DNA from: Heteronotia binoei
Taxonomy: Eukaryota
NCBI RefSeq assembly: GCF_032191835.1
Contig: NC_083237.1
Location: forward strand, 24,552,001 to 24,616,000
Direction: 5' to 3'
DNA length: 64,000 nt
Shown here: positions 55,701 through 64,000 of the stretch, one piece after another
How the letters are laid out: each line of letters opens with the position of its first letter
Position numbering within the stretch: the first letter of the stretch is position 1
Notes under the pieces: generated by a model
Told to the model about the DNA's origin: nothing
Databases searched by the model: none
The model's input: only the letters and a program-made list of their open reading frames with translations
Translations under genes and position numbers: made by a program

Positions 55701-58700
55701 CCTTGGCTAGTATCTGGATGGGAGACATTCAAGGAGTACCAGCGTTGTGATGCGGAAGCAGGCCATGACAAACCGCCTCTGAGCATCTCTTGCCTTGAGA
55801 ACCCTGCAGGGTTGCCATAAGTCGGCTGTGATTTGACAGCAGCAACAACAAATACCTTACTGAATTTGTGGGACTCAGGATCTGATTTTGTGTCACTTAA
55901 GATTCAAGCCCAGTCTTCTCCCTATGGTGCTAACTTCTTCTACATTTTAAAAATGCAATCCCTTTCTGCCATCCAAAGAGATACGGCTACCACTTCAAGA
56001 TGTTAACACTCACATTCTGCGTGGCATATGTAAATGCATCCCTTCCAGGCTGGGAGAGCTACCCTTTCTCACTTCTACCCATATAGTTAAGCCTAGTGAT
56101 AGAGGTCACACTTGATATATAGGTGTCTGAGACTGTGTCTCCTACTTACAAGGGTCTCAGGATGGGGAAAGACCGCTTTTGATGCGCATTAACCAAAGGA
56201 ATATGTACTAGACCAGGTGGGCAAATGGCCTGGCTTGGCATAAAGAGGAAAAGGTCACTGAGTCCACTCCATACCATCTTTCTCCAGCTGCACCATCTCT
56301 TGGGCCAAAGGACAGCCGTTCCTTCCTGCTTCTTTCTGGGGAGTCTTCTCTGAGCAGGGTGGGTCTTGAATCTCACCAGGCTCCTGAAATATGAAAGAAA
56401 CCACTGAAGGGGATAAACTGTGGGGTTGCCTTCTCAACCAACCACTCCTTTCTTGACAAACTCTCCAATGACCCCATCACCAAGAGCTGCTTACCTCTAG
56501 GAGACGTGGTGATTTGGGCGATCCAGGGTCTGAAGTGCTTGGCAGAAACTGGGGGGCCTTCCAGATGGGCGGGGGCTTCAACCTAACCATGTGAAAAAAG
56601 ATAAATTTTGACAGCCCTCTTCCTGCCTCCAACTGTTTAGCTGTCCCAGAAACAACCAGAACCCTTAAACTCCTCTGCAGGTCCAAACACACCACTCTTC
56701 TCTGCTGCATTTGTCTCATAGGCCCATGTCACTATCCATTCCCACCAGGCTGACTGTAGAGCAGCTTTGCTTTGTTCCTGTCTTTCCTGCTCCACTTCAT
56801 CAAACCCTGTCTACTATTTGCCAAGAAGGCAACCCAGAGCAACCACATGGCAGTCTCAGCCACTTCTGCACTGGAAGAGGTGGTGAAACACCAGGCCCCA
56901 AAGTTGCTAAGCAACCACAATGGGCTTCTCCCCATTCTCCTGAAATGGATCCTGATTGAATGATAGCTGCAGCAGGGACTGAAGAAGCTGGATGCTCAGC
57001 ATCTGGACCATAGAGCACCCCCCACAGCCTCAGCACTATGGAGAAATATCCCATCTAATTCAAAATCGGGGCCTCTACCTAGGAATTCACAGAACAGTGA
57101 CACCCCCCCCCCAGGACTTTGCCTCTCCTGACCTTTTTGTCTCTGCAGAGGGAGATCCAATTTGGCTTGTGCCAGCCAGTGCTATCCGCTGTGCTTTCAG
57201 TTCCCTGTAACTTTGCATCATCTGTAAAACACAGAGTATGAGGTGAAAATGTAGGGAGGGTGAGGAAAGAAAAGAACAGGCCGGTCTAGGCCGCAACTGA
57301 CTGCAGGTACCTTGGTGTGGGTCTGATTGAGAGCGGAGAGCTCCTTCAAGAGCAAAGACTTCTGTTCTTCCAGGCTGGCCACTGTGAAGAGAACACCAAC
57401 AAAAGGACACTGGGTGCATTTAGGCAGGCACTATCCACACAAACATCAGGTTTAAAACTAGCATTAATGGGCTCTTCACAGTCTCAGCTGAATCCTGTAG
57501 ACCTGCAATGCTATCCTAAGCATGCTTGGCTGGAAATTACATCTTTCTGAGTTCAGTGTGACTTTTCCATGCATCCAATTGCAACCAAAATAGTGAATTT
57601 CAACAGAATTCAGACGAGACTAATTTTTGCTGGATTGTCCCTACACCTTCCTGATGGAAGTCAGTTCACTGAGTTCAGAGGGGCCTGTTTCTATGGGATT
57701 GCACGGAAACTGACAGGCTCAGGCAAACACAGACAATGTATTCACGCTAGCAAATTTTTACAGAAGCACTGGAATTCCCTTGCTATGGTCAAGGTCATAA
57801 AGTTCTGAAGATAACAGTGTTAACGCACTAGGAGCCTTGAAAGGACTGCGTAACTAGCACACCACTTGCAAGCAAAGAGAACTGAATCAAACACCTTTTC
57901 CAAAAGCAGGTTTGTCGTAGCCCTTGCAAAGGAGAATGGAATGGCTATTCCCAGGCCAAAAGCGAGAGAAGGAAAGAAACTGGTGCTGCTATGAATGCAG
58001 GTGGGTGATGGTGGTATGTGTATACACACAGACATACAAAACACCAACAGGGCTGACAGCTATCCAAGTTTGTGACGAACCTAAGAAAGCATGCTAGAAA
58101 GGTTATGCTGCTCCCTCTTATACCGACACCCTACAGTCTTGGGAAACCAGATATACTGGCCCAGCAGAGCGCTGGAAGAGGTGCAGGACTGGGCACGCGT
58201 GTTAGTGGGAAGGGCATAGGCGGGCACTGAGCCACCTTGCAAGTAAAAGAGGCCCCAGCTGGAAGATCACTGTTTGAATCCATTCAGTTCTGCATTTGGA
58301 CAGGATGCCCGTCTCCACTGCTGGTACAGTACACATGTTACCAAGTTTGGAAAGGCTGGTCCATTCACATACCCTGATCAGCATAGCTCCGTGCTTTGCC
58401 CTCCAGGACACGGCTTTGCCCCTCCAGCCGAGTCATGGTGGTGGCGTTTGCCTTGCGCTCCTGCTCCATCACATCCTCCAGTTCCATGAACCGCTGCAAG
58501 GAAGGGAACCCAAAGGTCCAGGCAGTTGCTCCCACCTCCGAATGCTCATCCTTGAAGCTCAAGGCTGTGTTTTTAGGGTTCCCAGGTGGTTCCCCATCCA
58601 CAGCTTTACCAAGGAGGGCTGTGTCATGTGCCTCCAAGGACATTAGCACAATTCTACATGTCCCCACATCACATGCTCCCCGATTCCTTGCACCGATAGG

Positions 58701-59479
58701 CAGCCTTTGAGCCCAGGCACTCATCACTCCTTCTCAGCTCCCTCTTTCCGCCTTCTACACTAGCTGTACTGTCACCTGGCCCCCACCCCAGATCCCAATG
58801 GACTGTGGCTTTTTAATCACCCCAACATCACTCTCAGCCTTGACCTGGATGGCCCAGGCTAGCCTGATCTCATCAGATCTTAGAAGCAAGGCAGGATCAG
58901 CCCTGGTTAGTACTTGGGTGGGAGACCACCAAGGAAGCTCATGGTTGCCTCACAGAGGCAGGCCACGGCAAACCACCTCTTCATCTCTTAGCTTGAAAAC
59001 CACCTGGTTGCCATGAATCATCTGCCACTTGTTTTACCACCGCTGGGCCCACCAGGGAGTCCTGGTTGCCAGCCTCCAGGCCAGGGTCCGCAGCCCTTCC
59101 GTCGCCGGCCCCCGGGAGACTGGAGTCAAATCTCTGCACCGGGCAGCGCTACAGGTGGACGGCGGGCCACACTTACCTCCTCGGCCCGCTTGCGGCCGGC
59201 TCGCTCCCGCTCGTATTGCTCCAGCAGGCGCAGCCGGTCATCGCGCAGCCGTTCCAGGGACTGGTCCCGCTCCCGCACCTGCCCGCAAGCCCTCTGCAGC
59301 GACTCCAGGACAGAGACGAGCTGCGGCAGGAGCCCCGACACCGCCCCGGGCCCGTGGGCCCCGACCAGCCGCTCCAGCTCCCCGTACAGGCCGCCGGCCA
59401 TGGCAGACACCAGTTCCTCGTAAGGCGCGGCGGAGCCCACATCGCCATCGCCCCCAAAGGTCTCCTCGGGGTCATCCAT
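40603..59479 (-). CDS. JIP3/JIP4 (MAPK8IP3/SPAG9)-family motor-adaptor protein, divergent paralogue; 27 coding exons, 1019 aa
   Basis: 27 GT-AG exons sum to 3060 nt with no internal stop. RH1 ([26 protein letters not shown]), LZI, LZII ([20 protein letters not shown]), RH2 ([29 protein letters not shown]) and the C-terminal propeller ([74 protein letters not shown]) all match JIP3/4 hallmarks. Confidence 0.93.
40831..40944 (-). CDS. JIP3/4-like exon 26
   Basis: [15 protein letters not shown]. Confidence 0.92.
41780..41955 (+). mobile_element. hAT (Tip100-like) MITE
   Basis: caatactccctctaagctg start; near-identical to 47981 copy. Confidence 0.7.
42147..42266 (-). CDS. JIP3/4-like exon 25
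   Basis: [27 protein letters not shown]. Confidence 0.95.
42384..42494 (-). CDS. JIP3/4-like exon 24
   Basis: [26 protein letters not shown]. Confidence 0.92.
43182..43353 (-). CDS. JIP3/4-like exon 23
   Basis: [39 protein letters not shown]. Confidence 0.95.
43695..43843 (-). CDS. JIP3/4-like exon 22
   Basis: [30 protein letters not shown]. Confidence 0.93.
43922..43989 (-). CDS. JIP3/4-like exon 21
   Basis: [22 protein letters not shown]. Confidence 0.9.
44113..44193 (-). CDS. JIP3/4-like exon 20
   Basis: [27 protein letters not shown]. Confidence 0.88.
44565..44706 (-). CDS. JIP3/4-like exon 19
   Basis: Acidic linker then [10 protein letters not shown]. Confidence 0.88.
45435..46622 (+). 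mobile_element. hAT (Charlie-like) element, longer internal version
   Basis: caggggtatcaaactcatttg left end; gctgcatgtttgac right end; family internal blocks at both ends. Confidence 0.6.
46685..46845 (+). mobile_element. tRNA-derived SINE
   Basis: tggctcagtggtaagag A box; ggttcaatccctgg B box. Confidence 0.7.
46858..47154 (+). mobile_element. Full-length Sauria SINE
   Basis: gagccctgtggtgcagagtggtaaagctgcag head to gggactacctttaccttt tail; TSD atttatatt/atttatact. Confidence 0.92.
47666..47828 (-). CDS. JIP3/4-like exon 18
   Basis: [31 protein letters not shown]. Confidence 0.92.
47981..48168 (+). mobile_element. hAT (Tip100-like) MITE
   Basis: caatactccctctaagctg / cagcttagagggaacactg TIRs; TSD gccacagt/gccacaat. 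Confidence 0.8.
48400..48590 (+). mobile_element. 5S rRNA-headed SINE
   Basis: ggaagctaagcagggctgg..cttgaatgggagacc + Sauria-like tail. Confidence 0.75.
48741..48794 (-). CDS. JIP3/4-like exon 17
   Basis: [18 protein letters not shown]; GTAAGT donor. Confidence 0.85.
49118..49201 (-). CDS. JIP3/4-like exon 16
   Basis: [18 protein letters not shown], matching JIP PVPVYLRPLDEKD..K. Confidence 0.9.
49559..49676 (-). CDS. JIP3/4-like exon 15
   Basis: [28 protein letters not shown], matching JIP KREQYRQV..GRVQAxGWSLP. Confidence 0.9.
49885..49972 (+). mobile_element. Sauria SINE 3' fragment
   Basis: aagtctgccgtgaaaacg..gggactacctttacc. Confidence 0.85.
50174..50341 (-). CDS. JIP3/4-like exon 14
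   Basis: [13 protein letters not shown]..; AG/GTAAGT. Confidence 0.82.
50535..50845. mobile_element. 5S-headed SINE (minus, about 50535-50725) plus Sauria SINE tail (plus, about 50755-50845)
   Basis: gtctcccatccaagatact; gcacaggggactacctttacc. Confidence 0.7.
50866..50919 (-). CDS. JIP3/4-like exon 13
   Basis: [17 protein letters not shown], matching JIP ASRE..KKxSSIWQ. Confidence 0.88.
51503..51633 (-). CDS. JIP3/4-like exon 12 (RH2 domain)
   Basis: [35 protein letters not shown]. Confidence 0.95.
51816..51864 (-). CDS. JIP3/4-like exon 11
   Basis: [16 protein letters not shown]; phase 2/0. Confidence 0.8.
52480..52665 (-). mobile_element. tRNA-derived SINE
   Basis: gaacccgggactttctgcgtgcaaag..ccactgagcca (reverse tRNA head). 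Confidence 0.7.
53386..53538 (-). CDS. JIP3/4-like exon 10 (LZII)
   Basis: [34 protein letters not shown]. Confidence 0.9.
53716..53895. mobile_element. hAT MITE
   Basis: cagggctatatcta / tagatctggtcctg termini. Confidence 0.5.
54339..54390 (-). CDS. JIP3/4-like exon 9 (LZII start)
   Basis: [18 protein letters not shown]; AG/GT. Confidence 0.88.
54578..54684 (-). CDS. JIP3/4-like exon 8
   Basis: [24 protein letters not shown], matching JIP NTDSL..DVDEGADL. Confidence 0.9.
55229..55316 (-). CDS. JIP3/4-like exon 7
   Basis: [13 protein letters not shown], matching the JIP4 IIESTPEL motif. Confidence 0.85.
55645..55845 (+). mobile_element. 5S rRNA-headed SINE
   Basis: cagaagctaggcagggcc..agtatctggatgggagac + ttgccataagtcggctgtg tail. 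Confidence 0.75.
56275..56383 (-). CDS. JIP3/4-like exon 6
   Basis: [18 protein letters not shown]; phase 0/1. Confidence 0.7.
56495..56582 (-). CDS. JIP3/4-like exon 5
   Basis: [29 protein letters not shown]; phase 2/0, GTAAGC donor. Confidence 0.75.
57133..57221 (-). CDS. JIP3/4-like exon 4
   Basis: [30 protein letters not shown]; AG/GT. Confidence 0.8.
57311..57381 (-). CDS. JIP3/4-like exon 3
   Basis: [24 protein letters not shown]; AG/GT. Confidence 0.9.
58373..58493 (-). CDS. JIP3/4-like exon 2
   Basis: [25 protein letters not shown]; AG/GT. Confidence 0.92.
58835..59035 (+). mobile_element. 5S rRNA-headed SINE in JIP3/4-like intron 1
   Basis: cctgatctcatcagatcttagaagcaaggcaggatcagccctggttagtacttgggtgggagacc closely follows 5S. 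Confidence 0.8.
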
Positions 59480-60130
59480 CCTCGGGGCCGCCGCTCTAAC
59501 CCCTGCGCCGTCCAGTCTCTCCCCGCAGATCACTTCTTGGCTGCTTAGCCGGCTGGCCCCAACGACCCCCGCGTGCTCCCCTCGAGCCTCTTGCGCTGCC
59601 TCCGCTGTCCTCGCCTTTAACTACTTCCTGCCCTCTAAGGAGGCCGGGAGCTTGACTTCTCCTGCCTCAGCACGCATCCGAGTCTTGGTCTCCGCAGACG
59701 ATTTCACCCTCGGCCGGGTTCCTTTGCTTTCTAAGCGCCGCCGGACAACACCCCACCCCCCGGGCTCTAACCACTAGACACCACTCCCCTCTCGCAGCCC
59801 TTCGTAAATGCAAGGTCTCCCTCTCCTCCCGGCATCTTTCGCTTCCAGGCTGTAACCACAAAGCTCTTTCTGAAAGGATCCCGGATCCTTGGAACCCGCA
59901 CCGTCTACCTAGAAAAATCCTCAGGCTGGGACTCTACCCACTAAGCCCGGCTCTCGCCCTCTCTTCCCCCAGATCCTAACTTCATGTCACTTTGCAAGTG
60001 GAAAGATAGGCGGAGCCGGAGCCTCCAAGGACAGCCAATGGCGCATGAAGAAAGTGTCAAGAGTAACCAATTGCGCGTTGCGATGCGCCTGGATGGCCAA
60101 TAGTGCGTGGAGGAAGGAGGCTTCCTCCAA
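59050..60130. promoter_or_regulatory. CpG island/promoter of the JIP3/4-like gene with three CCAAT boxes
   Basis: Very high GC and CpG density over exon 1 and upstream; CCAAT at 60035, 60067 and 60097; GC box taggcggag near 60007. Confidence 0.8.
59177..59479 (-). CDS. JIP3/4-like exon 1 (RH1 domain)
   Basis: ATG 59479; GAG|GTAAGT donor; 303 nt. Confidence 0.93.
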
Positions 60131-61014
60131 AGGGCCGGCAGCGGGGAGGGGGGGGGGAGGGGGACAGTGGTAGTATTAACTTTCAGCAATCACATGATCT
60201 TGGGTCATATGATCTAAAAAGCTGGTTGGTGCCTCGGCGGGTTTCACGTCTGAACGCCTCAGTTGTGAGAAGTTTGGCTCTGGAGTTTGCTAGTTGCCGG
60301 AACTGGCAACTTCAAGGCCACTTGTTGCTGCGTCGTTTTTACAGAGCAGGAGCTACCAAGGAAGTTGATTTTAGTGCTGCTGCTTTTTGTTTTTTTTGTA
60401 ACAATGAAATAAAAATGCTGTACAGTTTTTATCCCTGTCGTGATAGGATCTGAAAGGTGGGATTTCCAGCCAACTCCTGTTCAACTTTTACTGAACTAAA
60501 TAGGATATGCCCCCCCCCCAAAAAAAAAAACCCACGTTGCTGATATTTAACTTCTGGATAACCGTCAGGCTGGAAGTTGGTGCACTTTTTTGCTGGATTG
60601 TAGCCCATGAATTTTATACTGTTGTTCTGTCATGATAACACTTAACAGGCAGCTTTTGTGCAGAGTGCTACACGTGCATTCTGTTGTAATCCTTACAACC
60701 GTTGTGCAAGGTAGGTCTTTAAAGTACACAAAGATGTACTTGGCTAGTTTCAGAGGACAGCCTTGGTTTGCAGAGGGAGAGCCAAATTCGAATCCAGGAG
60801 CACTTTCGGGACCAACACGAGTTTCAGAGTAGGCACCTTCGAGAGTCAAAGGAGGCTTTCTCTTTGACAGACGCCGGTAGAAATTGTGATCTCTGAGCCC
60901 TTTTATCCCAATCAGAAGGTAGGCGGGGTGTTGTGATGCAAAAGTACAATGTAGATTGCAGCCAGCTTGATTAGAGTGGAGGGGAAATGCTTGGGGGCAG
61001 GAAATTAGCATCTG

Positions 61015-61290
61015 TAGCACAGAGTGGTAAAGCTGCAGTATGCAATCTGAGCTCTCTGCTCACAACCTGATTTGATCCTGGCTGAAGCTGTGTACAGGTA
61101 GCCAGCTCAAGGTTGACTCAGCCTTCCATCCTTTCAAGGTCAGTAAAATGAGTACCCAGCTTGCTGGGGGGAAAGTGTAGATGACTGGGGAAGGCAATGT
61201 CAAACTACCCCATAAAAAAATTCTGCTGTGAAAATGTCATCCCAGAGTCATAAACAACTGGTTACTTGCACAGCTGACTTTTACTTTTTA
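61015..61290 (+). mobile_element. Sauria SINE
   Basis: gcacagagtggtaaagctgcag head; diagnostic core and tail. Confidence 0.88.
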
Positions 61291-61334
61291 ATGAGATAAG
61301 AATCCTATGTCCCTTTGCAGTCCTAGGGGGACTC

Positions 61335-61745
61335 ATTCTGAACTTGTGAAGTAACTCAAATTCGTGATCTCTCCTTGTTTGAGGGCTGCCACTTTTAGGC
61401 CAGTAATGGAATTACCTGGAAAATTAAAATGTTTTCCCACTGGTTTTTGAGCACTGTTTTTAATGTCGGATTTATGTCTGTTTGTTCTTTTGCATAAAGA
61501 CTGACCTGTGTGTCTGATGTAAAGTGTTGGAAGGGCATTGGTGACATTTGATGGCATTTGTGCTTGCAGCCTTTCCAACTAAACCTGTGTGTCCCCCATA
61601 TGTACCACTGGAAGATAAAAAAGTGAATGAGTCTGAGATGGTGCAGCAGGTGTTATTAGGTCCAGTTATTGCATTGCCAGAGTGGATATGGAGACAGAGT
61701 TGGCATCTTGGGTTTTTGCACATCCTGATCCCAGAAGCCCTGGCT
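61335..61745 (-). mobile_element. Penelope-like element GIY-YIG endonuclease fragment (degenerate)
   Basis: CKNPRCQLCLHIHSGNAITGPN..NAIKCHQCP..YIRHTGQSLCKRTNRHKSDI..KPVGKHFN..LKVAAL, with frameshift. Confidence 0.85.
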
Positions 61746-61747
61746 TT

Positions 61748-61880
61748 ATAGACTCATAGAGTTGGAAGGAACCTCCCGGGTCACCTAGTCCAAACGCCTG
61801 CACAATGCAGAAAATTCACAAATACCTCCCTCTAAGTTCACAAGATCAGCATTGCTGTCAGATGGCCATCTAGCCTCTGT
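61748..61880 (-). mobile_element. CR1 LINE 3' end
   Basis: catagagttggaaggaacctcccgggtcacctagtccaa. Confidence 0.7.
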
Positions 61881-62059
61881 TGACCCAGTTTGAGCTGAGA
61901 GCTTTATGAACACCAGTGGAGTTCTGCGTTGTTCTGTTTGGGCCTGTCTTGTAGCAGGTTATTTATTCCTTGGTATCCTTCTGGCTTTGTTGATTTGTTT
62001 CCCATCCTACATCAGGTGGTAAGTGTAATACGTTTCACAATCAGTAGTTTTCTGGGATA

Positions 62060-62225
62060 AGGTGTATGATCCTGTAGGGTTTTCAAGGGAAGAGACAACA
62101 GAGGTGGATTGCTGTGGCCTGCCCCTGTGAAGCAACTCTGGACTTCCTGGGAGGCCTCCCAGCCAAGTAGTAATCAGACCTGACCCTGCTTAGATTCTGA
62201 GACCCCTGGGCCACCCAGCTCAGAG
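62060..62225 (-). mobile_element. 5S rRNA-headed SINE
   Basis: ggcctcccagccaagtagtaatcagacctgaccctgcttag = reverse 5S internal promoter. Confidence 0.7.
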
Positions 62226-64000
62226 CAATGCCTTCTATTAACCAACCAAATAATATGAACAGAATGTATACACTTCTTCTTCCATTAAAAGGGGGGGGGA
62301 TCATGTCTCAGTTCACAGTGTGAGATATTTTATTCTCTACACACACACCCTTTCTCTCCCCCACTCCACATCTAGTCTGATGAAGAGTTATGGAGAGCGC
62401 AAAAGCCTACATCTCATTTTGTGTCATTTGGGTTGAGTCTAATAGAAAGTGTTATGTGGGGTTTTGTACAATCCAGGCTTAGTTTCAGCAGGGGAGGAGA
62501 ACAGAAAGGTTGTGGCACAGACTTCACAGAACGGGGGGGGGGGGGGTTGAAGTAAGGATTTAAAGCGGGGACTGAAGCAGGGAGTGAGGTGGCATCAGAT
62601 CATGCAGATGCTCTGAGAGGCAGTTCCAGGCATCAAGAGCAGCAAAGGTGAGAGGGTGGAGTTCTTAGAAGCAGCAAGAGGCCTTTGGAGTGTAGAGGGT
62701 GTGGCAAACAGAAACAGCAAAGGTCAGAGACAAGATTGTCTCAGGATATAAGAACAGAGAGGCCATGGCTCATGCAGAGCTTGTCAATCGGGGTGCTGTG
62801 CTGGGTTCAAGAGAAGGAAAGAAGGATTGAAGGACGGCATCACAAAACACACACTAAGGATCAGGGCACACGTGACACATGGTGTACTGGCTCCCTGAGA
62901 AAAGTATTGTGTGTCATTTCCTGCAGAGTGGAACAACCACTTCCCCAGCCAGCACCAATTCACTGTGGTTTTTAGGAGGGTCAAAGATTCTTCTGCAGGT
63001 TGGAAACAGCAACTCTGAAATAGGAACTGGGCAGTGGAAAGATGTTCAGTGTAATCCTAAGCAGAAAGCCCCACTCAGGTCACAGTGCCACTAGGTAGTC
63101 AAAATCTTGGGGCCTCCCTCACAAATTATCTCAGAGTCGGAGCACCCACCCTGCCACCCACTGCAGCCTGCAGGCACCTTCTTAAAAGCCCATTTACTAA
63201 GCTGCAGGGGAGAGGCAGAGAGAGGCAAACTTGGCGACAACACCAGCAGCAGCTGCCCCATGCAAGTTGGGCAATGAATGGTTCAGTTGCTGGATGCACA
63301 TGCAGGCTGGGAGGGCTGAAAGCGGGGCGGGGGGGGCAGCCCGGGGCCCCTATAGGTGTGGGGGCCCATAGGCCAGTGCCTAGTTAGCCTAATTCTTAAT
63401 CCAGCGGTCAGGTCAATAGAATTTAGTCCCTGGGGATTGTGATTTAGGGTAGAAAGCTTGCTGGAAGTATGGCTGCACAGCCAGAGGCACAGCATTTGTA
63501 CAAGCTGCTTTAAAACACACACATGCAGTGCATTCCTGCACACCAGGTGCTGTAAACAGCCATAACTCACCAGTGTCATCAGTACCACACCCCTTCCAAC
63601 TTTTTCCTGGCCTCTGATTGGCTGATCACACAAAGGTAAGCAGGAAGCGTTTTTTTTTTTTTTTTTGTTACTGTGCCATACTGATTGGATAAATGCACCC
63701 TTGAAGTATGTGTGGGAGACCAAGTTCTCAAAAGGGTGAGGCTCTTTTTTATGACTGTGCTGGTTAGGAAGGGAGGGGAAAGGAGAGGCGTAGGACTCCA
63801 AGGTTTCCTCTGGGGAAAACAAAGCGCACAGCCTCCTGTGCCTTCTTTGAAGCAAGAACAAGTTGTGCTAACCAAGGTAGAGCTGAAGGGACGAAGCAAC
63901 CAAGACTTCCAAACGATGGAGGGATTTTGTGGCAGCTCAAAGATGAACACTTTTGAAACTCCAGCATAGAGAGACCGCTTAGATCGATCTGACATCTGAC

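Noticed and set aside
1-64000. CRISPR arrays, operons or defence systems
   Set aside because: The DNA is intron-containing vertebrate sequence; the repeats are TEs or coding tandem repeats with no repeat-spacer pattern.

Overview
Squamate (probably gecko) genomic DNA, inferred from Sauria-type SINEs, 5S-headed SINEs and abundant hAT MITEs. There are no prokaryote-type systems. I reconstructed three tandem minus-strand spliced genes by hand. (1) A COX6B-family gene: 3 coding exons, 98 aa, 6125-12042, COX6B2 by position. (2) A GARIN/FAM71-family gene most like GARIN5B/FAM71E2: 8-exon model, about 1246 aa, 18783-36230, with two giant repeat-containing exons. (3) A complete 27-exon, 1019-aa JIP3/JIP4 (MAPK8IP3/SPAG9)-family gene, 40603-59479, starting in a CpG island. 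Gene 3 is the main finding: it keeps RH1, LZII, RH2 and the C-terminal propeller, but it is divergent, compact and lacks the JIP3/4 JNK-docking motif. It sits where the human COX6B2-GARIN5B-IL11 block has no such gene, so it looks like a third JIP3/4 paralogue. Introns and intergenic DNA are dense with hAT MITEs (several with 8-bp TSDs), SINEs, L2/CR1/other LINE fragments, a Penelope-like fragment and a very young 287-bp palindromic Harbinger-like MITE next to a splice acceptor. There is one 140-N assembly gap (11103-11242). All exon models are manual and need RNA-seq confirmation, and TE family names come from pattern recognition, not a database search.
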